Positions 11,901-21,090 of a stretch of 64,000 bases of DNA are shown piece by piece; position 1 is the first letter of the stretch; each line of letters begins with the position of its first letter. The position numbers and the translations under genes were made by a program. The notes under the pieces were generated by a model that ran no database searches, was not told the DNA's origin, and saw only the letters and a program-made list of their open reading frames with translations. The stretch comes from Camelus dromedarius (lineage: Eukaryota), in assembly GCF_036321535.1 (NCBI RefSeq), contig NC_087449.1:70432001-70496000 (forward strand). The letters run 5' to 3'.

Positions 11901-14520
11901 TGCTCCGGCCTGGCCCGGCCCGGCCCGGCCTGGGAGAGGGGCCCTCCGGCCCCAGGTCCCGGCTCGGGGCCGGGCGTGGTGCCCGTGGGTGCATCCTGGA
12001 CTCTCTGGTATGTTTACCTCGTGCGTCTCTCTGGGGGAGACGAGTGCCCTGGGCTGCCCTGTGCCTCTCCCTTGGGACAGACGCCCACTGAGCCTGAGTG
12101 CGTCCCCTGCTGCCTGGCTTTGGCTGCCTAGCTGCTGTTGTGTGGAGAGTGCGTGCTCTGCGCTGACGGGCTCTAGGTGGTTTGGCAGCCAAGACCCGGA
12201 GTGCTCCAGAATGGTCCTCTTATACTTCCCGTGGCAGGAGATGGAAACCCCGCGTCTTTCCCAGGCCCACCCTCCAGGTGCCAGCCCATCTGCGCCCCGC
12301 ACCCTTTTGCTCCAGGTGAGAGGAGTGGGGCCACACACCATTTCTGAAGGCCGAGGGGCCAGGCGTGAGGAGCTCCAGGCCTGGGCTGGATGTGCACGGC
12401 CGCCACCCTGGTCAGGGCTGCTCTGCAGACGCGGGTGGGTGGCCCCGGGCTTCGAGAGGGTCTGGCTCCAGCCACCAGAGCCAAACAGCACAGCTGTGGC
12501 TCCCCCACCGAGAGTACCCTGGCTTTGACAGGCCGCTGGAACTTCCTAGGGGTCTCCCCTCGCAATGAGGCTGGCCCTCTGGTCGCCCGGCTGCTGAGTG
12601 GGGAACCAGGTCAGGGGTTGGAGGAACCCAGACGCCGTGTTCTCCACCTGCACCCTCGGGCCTCTGTCTGTCCAAATTGGGCTTTTGAGCCGATTTTTCC
12701 CCGCCCTTCGAGGGGGTTCATTTCTGCCAAGTGTGTGAGGGTCTGAGTGGGGCTCCAGCCAGCCTCCCTCCCCCGAGGAGGCAGCTGGCCTGTTACCACA
12801 GGAGGACCTGTGTGGGTGGAGGCGGTTCTAAACGTGTCCTTCCCGCTGGCCCGGGCCTCAACGGGCTCAGTGCCGATGGCCTGCGCTGCGGCTCTGCTGC
12901 CCCGGCACCCGAGGTCCTTGCTCGGTGTCCTCGCTGGACCAGGAGACATTGTGGAAGCTTGGTCCTCTTGACCATGGCCTCTGGGTTGGCAGCATCCCGA
13001 CAGCACTGCCCCAGCACAGGGCTGGGTCTTCCTCCCGGAGCCAGGCTTTGTCTCGTGGCTGACAACTCCCCCTGTCTGATCCCCATGGGGTTGAAGTGGG
13101 AGTTGAAGTGGGTCCCTGCAAATCGAGTGGGTTCTTGGTCATCCCCTGAGGGTCCCAAGCGCTCACTGTCTTTGGTCCTGCCTGGCCTGGGCCTCGCATG
13201 CCCAGTATTTGCCAGAAAATAGTCCAAAAGGCCACTGTTACTCCTTCCTTGTTACACTGAGGAGGTTACGGTTTGATCTCTAATCCAGGCCTTTCCTCCT
13301 TAATTACGTGCACCTCAATTTCATTTGTTACGTCATCTACGGGAGTAACTGAGGGTCAAGTAAAGGAGGAAAGAACTTTGCAGAACTGTTGGGGACCCTG
13401 GTAAGGTCGCCTTCTCTCCCCTGGTGCCGTTGCCAAGAGGCTCAGTGTCATCTGAAGCCGGGTGGCGGGTCAAGGAGGATCCCGTGGGGGTGCAGGGAGC
13501 CTCCACTGCCAGCCCGGCACCATGGGGGCCCTGCTTCACCTGCATCTTTCTGCTGGATGTGGATGCCGACGCGTCTGGAGGGTGGCGGTCATTATGCCTG
13601 ACTACAAAACGACAACCAAGAAGTGCTGAGTGTCTTTCCGAGTGAAAACTCTCAAGTCAGTGTGTTTTAAAAGCCGTTTTCACCATCCAGGAATGTGGGA
13701 ATGTAGTTTGAGTAAATGAGCTTTTTACATAAATTGTCATGAGCTGAACTCTGAGGAAGACAGCCAACAGGTCATCGAGCCCCCAGACCAGCCGGCCTGC
13801 GTCTCTGAGTGGAGTCAGCGAGGTGCGTGTCCCAGACTGTCTGGAGTGGCCCTGGGAGGCCACAGGCCTGGCTGTCAGGGCAGTGAACCCTCTCTTGGGG
13901 CTGAGGGCGTGGCCACTGGGGTTGGGTTGGGGCATGGCCCTGTCTGGAGCGTCCCAGGGGAGGCTTGGGGGCCACCTGCTGGGCACAGACCTTGCCTGTG
14001 GGGCCTGTGTGTCCCCTCGGGCTCCAAGGGATGTGGCCCTGTCAGGCCCGGGGCCTGGCCCTCACTTCTGTCTGCTTCCCGTTAATGTAAGGCTTCTCCT
14101 TCCTGGACGCTCCTCTTGCCACTGGAGCATCTGTCCTTCCTCAGATGGCTGTTGGGGTTTCCTTACTACAGTGACTGCGCCAGACTTAGGATTGGCTTCC
14201 GGGTGAGCTTTGTCCCGGCCAGGGGCTGGGGTTCAGGGTGAGGGTTTGCAGAGGGGCTGTCATGGGGTTGAAGAGATGCGGACGTGAGAGGAGGCTGCGG
14301 CGGAAGGCCTGCTTTCCGGGAGCGTCCAGACAGCCTGCCCGACTTGTCTCCTGTGGCCCGGGGACTGCCGCCCCCAAACCATCCTGGCGCTTCCGAGCCT
14401 TGACGCCCTTGCCGGGGTGGGGGGGCTGCACAGACACCAGGAGGTGAGCCGGCAGGGGCGCGGGAGCGGCTGTGCTTAGTGACGAAGGTCTTCCCCCAAG
14501 TTCCTTAACGCAAGCACCAG
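2942..14520 (+). other. SSU72: SSU72 intron 2, U12-type (minor spliceosome) GT-AG intron
   Basis: Donor GTATCC at 2942; perfect U12 branch sequence TTCCTTAAC at 14501-14509, ending 11 nt before the intron end; no polypyrimidine tract between branch point and AG. Confidence 0.9.
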
Positions 14521-14660
14521 CTACACACAGAACGGCATTCTGCACATGCTGGACAGAAACAAGAGAATCAAGCCCCGTCCGGAAAGGTTCCAGAACTGCA
14601 AAGATCTGTTTGATCTGATCCTCACCTGTGAAGAGCGAGTGTATGACCAGGTGGTAGAAG
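14521..14660 (+). CDS. SSU72: SSU72 exon 3 (140 nt)
   Basis: Encodes YTQNGILHMLDRNKRIKPRPERFQNCKDLFDLILTCEERVYDQVVE; preceded by TTCCTTAACgcaagcaccAG; donor GTAAGA at 14661. Confidence 0.97.
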
Positions 14661-14685
14661 GTAAGAGCACAGACCCAGCGCCGGC

Positions 14686-15048
14686 TGTCTGTCCTGTGTC
14701 CGTCCCCCTGTCCCGCTGTGTCCGTCCTTCTGTCCCACTGTGTCCGTCCCCCTGTCCTGCCGTGTCCATCCCTTCTGTCCTGTGTCCATCCCTCTGTCCT
14801 GTGTCTGTCTCTGTCCCACTGTGTCCCCCGTCCCGCTGTGTCCATCCCTCCTGTTCCAGTGCGTCTGTTCCTCCTGTCCTGTGTCCGTCCCTTCTGTCCT
14901 GTGTCTGTCCCCGTCCCGCTGCATCGATCCCTTCTGTCTTGTGTCTGTCCCTCTGTCCATCCCCGTCCTGCTGCGTCTGTCCCTTCGGTCCTGTGTCCAT
15001 CCCTCTGCGTCCATCCCCCTTTCCTGTGTCCATCCCCCCGTCCTGCTA
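14686..15048. repeat. Degenerate pyrimidine-rich minisatellite built on CTGTGTCC / CTGTCC / CGTCCC units in SSU72 intron 3
   Basis: Repeated ctgtgtcc(a/g)tccc and ctgtcc motifs across about 360 nt, very A-poor on the + strand. Confidence 0.9.
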
Positions 15049-15510
15049 TGTCAGTCACAATCTGGGGCCAAGACCCCTGGCCTGTCCTGTGCACATGGCT
15101 TGTATTTCCCAGCCATGGGCTCTGGGAGGCGTGGGGGCAGGAGACTGTGTCTTTTGGGTGACCGTGTTCATCAGGCAGCCCCCGTGCTGGCTGAGGGTGC
15201 TGTGTGGGTTTAGGGTTCTTGGGCGCAGAAAGAGCTTATGCAGAAGGGAGCAGCCGGGGCCGGGGCGTGTGGGGGACGTGCTGCTGAGGGCTCTCCCCAG
15301 GACAGGGGGAGTGTCTGGGGTGAGACTGGGGACTGGTGTTGAGGGTGACCAGCACGAGCTTTCCTCGAGTCCCTGCTGTCCTTGGTGTGCGGCTTCTCCT
15401 GGGGGGACGTGCTCAGCCTGGTCTGATGTCCCCTTTCATTGTCCCCCAGGCAGGGGGTGGGGCGGAACTGCTTCTGAGGCCTCTGACTCCTGTCATTCTG
15501 TCGCGGTCAG

Positions 15511-15629
15511 ATCTGAATTCCAGGGAGCAAGAGACTTGCCAGCCCGTGCACGTGATCAATGTGGACATCCAGGACAACCACGAAGAGGCCACCCTAGGGG
15601 CGTTCCTCATCTGTGAGCTCTGTCAGTGC
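15511..15629 (+). CDS. SSU72: SSU72 exon 4 (119 nt)
   Basis: Encodes (D)LNSREQETCQPVHVINVDIQDNHEEATLGAFLICELCQC; acceptor ggtcag, donor GTGAGT at 15630. Confidence 0.97.
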
Positions 15630-16533
15630 GTGAGTACCACCTGCCCGCCTGGCCCGGTGGGAGGAGCTGGGGCTTCAGCGTGAAAGGGGCGGTCCCACTC
15701 TTCAGGGCACATTCAGGTTATTCTCAAATGTTAAATTAAACCCTTAAATGCAGAGGCACCCACAAGTTTGAGAACCGACCTCTGTGCTTTCTAGGTTTAC
15801 ACCAGTGGTGCTGGGACCCGCTTGGGGTCTGGCCTCCGAGGAGGTGGCCATGTGTCCACCAAGCACTCCCAGGACACAGGCTCCCAGGGATGGTGTCAGA
15901 GGGCCCTGTGTCCCCTTCTCCCTCAGAACTTGTCCTTCCAGACGTCTGACCCTCCCCAGGTGGCCCTGGCACCCTCCCTCGTGCAGAAAAGCCCAAGTGC
16001 TTTTGCAGCCACGGTTCAGCTGTGCCCAGAGCCAAGTGTTTCCTCTTAGAGGTGACAAAGGACCCACACAAGGAGAAACTCACAGACCTTGTCCTACCTT
16101 CTGCCCGCGGGATCTGTGCTCAGGCCACCTGGCAGTGAGTGGTCGTAAAATGAAGAGAATTAGTATCTCAAGCAGGATGTCTAAAGGCGGGCAGGCCTGG
16201 GCGGGTTTGCTGTGCGAAGGGCCCAGGGCCCACACTCTCAGTACTCCGCCCAGCGCAGCTTCTGTTCCCGAGGTGTCTCATGGCCCAGGGTGGCTGCTGA
16301 AGCACCAGCAGTTGTGCCCAAGATTTGGCCATCGGGCAAGAGAAAGGGCTGAAGGGGAAGACGAGTCCTGGGAATTGCACACGTGACAGGCACTCAGGTC
16401 GCGCTAGTGAGAGCTGGTGGAGCAGAGGCCCTGCTTGCAGGCCGAGACTGGGGGCTGCAGGCCAGCCCCTCCAGGCCAGGACAGGTGTGCTGAGGAGTCA
16501 GTCCCTTCCCTGGCAGCGCCACCTCCTCTTGGA

Positions 16534-16680
16534 GCGGTGGTTCTCCACCAGGGGGCGTGTAACTGTGTTTGCACGCACCGTGGGTCTCACAGCTGCAGAA
16601 ACACTGGGGGGGGGGGGGCACCCTGTCAGCACCTGCAGCACAAGGACGGCCCCAGCGCAGGGCATGAGCGGCATGGGCAG
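16534..16680 (+). mobile_element. Possible MER20-like hAT DNA transposon remnant
   Basis: Starts cggtggttctccaccagggggcg and later has cagcacctgcagcacaaggacggcccc, resembling the MER20 consensus as I recall it; highly diverged. Confidence 0.4.
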
Positions 16681-16925
16681 GTGACTGTGTGGGGTCGCTC
16701 GTTTGCACAGGGGACACGGCGAGGTGGTGTGACGTCCAAGGGCCGGCCCCCTGTCTGCAGCTGCTGTGCCCCTTCCCTGCTCGGCCTGGGGCTGCCAGGG
16801 GACCTGCGCTCGGGACCCCGCCCGGGTGGGTGGGATGAGTCTGGGGCACCAGGTCGGCACCAGGGCAGGCTGGGCAGTTGGCTGGGCGGGCGGGAGGCTC
16901 AGGGCGGCTTCCCTGTCCTTCCCAG

Positions 16926-17027
16926 ATCCAGCATACGGAGGACATGGAGAATGAGATCGAGGAGCTGCTGCAGGAGTTCGAGGAGAAGAGCGGCCGGACC
17001 TTCCTGCACACCGTCTGCTTCTACTGA
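16926..17027 (+). CDS. SSU72: SSU72 exon 5, last coding exon
   Basis: Acceptor cttcccag; encodes IQHTEDMENEIEELLQEFEEKSGRTFLHTVCFY*, TGA at 17025-17027. Confidence 0.97.
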   Translation: MQHTEDMENEIEELLQEFEEKSGRTFLHTVCFY

Positions 17028-17104
17028 CCACTGCCCTTCCAGAGCCATCTTTTTCCTGCACACCGTCTGCTTCTACTGACCACCGCCCTCCCCAAGCCAT
17101 CTTT
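17001..17104 (+). repeat. 52-nt tandem duplication covering the SSU72 stop codon
   Basis: Copies at 17001-17052 and 17053-17104; first 31 nt identical, 4 mismatches in total. Confidence 0.95.
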
Positions 17105-17174
17105 TTGAGCTTTCTTTTGTTAATACTTCTTCCTTCCTGATACTTGCTTTCACCTTTCCCAGTAGCAGCACCCA

Positions 17175-17454
17175 AATAAACTGTACATGTGAAATGAGAG
17201 GATAGCCGTAAGTGCGGATGAAGGGCAATCAAGTTTTCCTGTCCCACTTGTGCTCAGGAGTGGGATACTGATTATATAAAGTGTTTTTCTCCTTTACTCA
17301 AAAAAGAAGAAAACGGTTTATAGCACATTTCTCCCAATACATCTGCCTTTCGCTGAGCATCCTTCTTATGTCCCCTAACTGGCTGGAATGTACAAAACCC
17401 CGAATAAAGCAACAGGTGTACTTCAGGGGAGAGAACCTGCAATTATCCAATAAA
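17175..17454 (+). terminator. SSU72: SSU72 candidate polyadenylation signals (AATAAA at 17175, 17403, 17449)
   Basis: Three canonical hexamers 150-430 nt after the stop codon in an AT-richer 3' UTR. Confidence 0.7.
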
Positions 17455-18099
17455 CAGATGCTGCCGGTTGTCTTGGCTTCGTCCTGAGTGCCCCATCATA
17501 CTCCTCAGACCGCAGCACAGACCTCTGGGTCCAGCCTGGCTCCCCAGCACGACCCCAGCACCCGGTGTGTGCTGGGGAGATTTGTGCCTGCTTCCTGTGC
17601 AACCATCACCTGTCCTTGGTGACCCCCGTGGTTTCTGTGGCTGTGGGAAAGTGGGGGCTCCTGTGTGGGCAGTGCTGTCCCTGGGCTGTGGATGACGGGT
17701 TGGCTCAGGGACCCCTTCCTAATCCCCCAGCATTCTGGGGCAGCCAGATCAGGGCCTCATCACTGGCCTCTGGCCTCCAGGCTGACCCCTAAGGAGAGCT
17801 GGGGCCGAGGCTGGCCCTGCCTGGCGGGAGGGAATCCTCTGGCCCTTGCTGGGCACCACCCTCGGGCCATGCGGCCATGGCTTCCAACTGACTGTCCCTG
17901 GCAGCTCTCCTGCGACCCTGCAGGCCCCTCAGTAAAGGCAGCCTCTTGCCATGGGGGGCTGGGTGCTGAGCAGCCTGCCCGCCGCCCCTCACCTAGCGAC
18001 CCCGGGCTGGGAGGAGGGGCCTCCTGCTGAGAAGTGGGGAGGAGGAGGAGGAGAGCGGAAGGAAGCCCAGGGCCTCTTCACTATCGCCTGGCGGGTCGG

Positions 18100-19050
18100 G
18101 ACGCGGCCCAGGGTCCAGGGGCGCCGGGCAGTCAGCCAGGGTCGGGACTGTCCAGATGGGGGCGAGCGGGCCCTGCGGGCCCCGGGGAGGGGTCCGGCCA
18201 GCGTCGCGGGGGCGGGCGGCCGCGGGCGGCGACATCCCTCCCGTGAGGCGGGCGCGGGGGAGGCCGCGGGGGGAGGGGGTCGGAGCGGCGCCGCGCGCAG
18301 GGCGGGAGGCAGGGCCGAGGGCGGAGCGGAGCGCGGCGGGCGCGGCGAGCGCGCGGGCCGGGCGGCCGAGGACCCCGGGAGCGCCGCGTCCCCTGCCCCG
18401 CGCCGGCCCCGCGCCTGCTCCCCGGCCCGCGGCGGTGGGTNNNNNNNNNNNNNNNNNNNNNNNNNNNNNNNNNNNNNNNNNNNNNNNNNNNNNNNNNNNN
18501 NNNNNNNNNNNNNNNNNNNNNNNNNNNNNNNNNNNNNNNNNNNNNNNNNNNNNNNNNNNNNNNNNNNNNNNNNNNNNNNNNNNNNNNNNNNNNNNNNNNN
18601 NNNNNNNNNNNNNNNNNNNNNNNNNNNNNNNNNNNNNNNNNNNNCGCTCGCGCCTCCCGCGCCCGCGCGCCGCCTCCCCCTCCCGCCCCTTGTTTACCGG
18701 CCCGCGCGGCCTGCGCTCCCCGATCCCCCGCTGCCCTGCGCTCCCCCGTCCTCAGCGCGCCGAGCCCTGCCTGTGGGGCCCCCGGTCCGGGCCCTCCTCG
18801 GCGNNNNNNNNNNNNNNNNNNNNNNNNNNNNNNNNNNNNNNNNNNNNNNNNNNNNNNNNNNNNNNNNNNNNNNNNNNNNNNNNNNNNNNNNNNNNNNNNN
18901 NNNNNNNNNNNNNNNNNNNNNNNNNNNNNNNNNNNNNNNNNNNNNNNNNNNGGGGCACACGCGTGATCACACATGTGAGGCGGAGGTGGAGCCCACTGGG
19001 GCTCCCGCGAGCCCCGCGCAGGCCGCGCTGCAAGGCCGAGCTAGGCTAGG
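18100..19050. promoter_or_regulatory. TMEM240: CpG island, probable TMEM240 promoter and 5' exons (interrupted by N gaps 18441-18644 and 18804-18951)
   Basis: Very high GC and CpG density with GC boxes; lies between the SSU72 3' end and TMEM240 exon 3. Confidence 0.75.
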
Positions 19051-19424
19051 CTTGCGGAGACTGCCGAGGCTTGTGCCAGGCCGGGTGGGGGAAGGACTGT
19101 CCAGCCTCCAGCCCACACATAGGTGTTGGGAGGGGCATGCCTGCGTCAGTCGGACCCCCTCCCCAATTGCCTTTAGAGAAAGGGCTGGCGGGATGACGAA
19201 CAGAATGGGTCCTGGTCCAGGGCCTGGAGGCCGGGGGAGCAGCAGCCCAGCCTGTGTCCCGGGAGGGATCCTGCGCACGGCTGTGGCCACAGAGGACACC
19301 ATCCTCCTCCCTGGGCCCTGAGCTGTGTCCGTGAACTTTCCCAGGAGCCAGGTAGAGGGAAGTACAGAAGGTCAAGGTGGGCAGGGCCTACCCTGAGTGA
19401 GGCATCGCGCCCAACCCCCTCCTT

Positions 19425-19500
19425 GAACTTGGGAGGAACTGAGGCAAGGAGGTGGAGCTTGCTCAAGGTCACACAGAGGAAGGGGAGAGCCGAGGCCCCT
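19425..19500. mobile_element. MIR SINE remnant
   Basis: gaggaactgaggcaaggaggtggagcttgctcaaggtcacacag matches the MIR core motif; a similar piece lies near 19718-19760. Confidence 0.6.
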
Positions 19501-20279
19501 GCGCCCACTTTGTGACCCCTCATGCTGTGCACATGTAGTGATGGAGTCTTCCTGGCCATGCATGTTTGTACGTCCATGTATGAAATAAACATCTTCTCAT
19601 GAGACGCGCATGTGTGTACCGTCTGTGCATATACATGTGCGCACACATAGCACCCCCGCACCCCGGCAGGATGCCCGCACGCTGGGACCTTGAGAAAGAG
19701 TGAGAGCTTGAGTAGACAGACTTACCCAAGGCCACACAGCTGGTAGGCCCTAGGGGCTCGAGCTTGCCTTCTTGAACCTGCCCCGTGCTCTGGCTCCAGG
19801 GACGTGTGTGCACACGGAAGGGGGGTGTGAGTGTGAGAGAGGACGGTTCCAGGCCTCACAAGCACGCAGCATCTCTGTGTGTGCAGACTGAGTGTCGAAG
19901 CGGAACACGGGCCATCAGGGCAGGTGGAGACGCGTGTAAGCGACCCTCCCAGGTGCTGGCCAGGAGTCATCCAGGGAGTTTGCTGGTGGCCACTCTCCAG
20001 AGACCTGTGTCCCTGCCTGGGGCGCATGGCCCAGGGTGAAGGAGCCACATGAGGCCAGCTGCGCTGCTTCCTGGGCTGACTGTGAGGGTAGAAGCAGGGA
20101 TCTTGAGACCCTCCCGGAGACTGGTGGTGTGCTCGGCACGGGGCCCAGACTTTAGCTCCATAAACATTAGTAACGCATGTTTGACACGTGCGGGAGCTGT
20201 CTTATTGTGACCAGCTCGGGTGTGCCTGTGACCTCCCGCTGAGGGCCCTTCTGGGCAGGCAGACAAGGTGTGTTTTCAG

Positions 20280-21090
20280 AATGTTTTTGCTCAGGGTGTG
20301 TGTATGCATGATACATAGTGTCCAGAGTACACACGGATTCGTGTAAAACGTGCCCACCACGGAGTGCAAGTTCCGGAGAGGCCTGGTTGCACAGCTTAGA
20401 GTGTTTGTGGACACAGAAAACACAAAGAGCCACGCCTGCCACAAGCATAGAGTGTTTCTGTGTGTGTCCACGTGCGTGTGCTTTGTACTCATTGCTACAC
20501 ACAGGATGTGTAAACTCGGCGTACAGAGGAGTCTTGTATATTGATGACATGTACGTGTCTGCACAGTACATGGTAAAGCACAATATACAGCCCCGTGTGC
20601 TCCGTGTGTGTGCACTGTGTCTGCAGAGTAGTCTCGCAGACGGGGTGTCTATACACGCTGTGGACACGCATTGCCACAATGGACTGGTGTGTACACACCG
20701 TGTGCAGAGTGCACACACGTGTATGCCTTCTACATGCCTATATGGGGGACTGTATGCAGAGGACACATGTGCAAGTGTCCCAGAGCGCACATGCCAGCAG
20801 GCTGTGCACACCCACGTGTGTGCCACAGTGCCCACAGAGAGGACAGTTGTGCGCAGCGCCCAATGCATGTGCATTTACATGTGACACGCACGCACCATGC
20901 TCATGCCCGGGCGAGTGTGCACATGCACACTTGTGGAGCTCGCAGGCCTGAGTCCATGGTATACACGCCGTGTTCTGTGCATGTGGCCGGCATGTATACA
21001 CAACATGCGTCTGCCCTCAGGTAGACACGTGCAGCACGCGTGGCCCAGGCAGGACACATGTATGTACACATCATAGAAATACGTGTGCAC
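20280..21090. repeat. Degenerate (TG/CA)n, alternating purine-pyrimidine low-complexity tract in TMEM240 intron 2 (smaller patch at about 19540-19660)
   Basis: Dense gtgtgcacac, acacgtgt and tgcatgtgca motifs over about 800 nt. Confidence 0.85.

Larger units (their letters stand above)
2798..17027 (+). other. SSU72: SSU72 gene span (coding exons 2-5; exon 1 lies upstream of the window). RNA polymerase II CTD phosphatase
   Basis: Four exons splice in frame into the recognisable SSU72 sequence from KRGFSVRSFGTGTH to RTFLHTVCFY*. Confidence 0.98.

Noticed and set aside
14186-15094. 302-aa minus-strand ORF with repeated GQ/DR/TG motifs
   Set aside because: A translation of the intronic minisatellite, not a gene.
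17951-19321. 456-aa ORF and overlapping long ORFs across the TMEM240 CpG island
   Set aside because: They run through N gaps and stop-poor GC sequence; low-complexity Gly/Arg/Pro with no recognisable protein.
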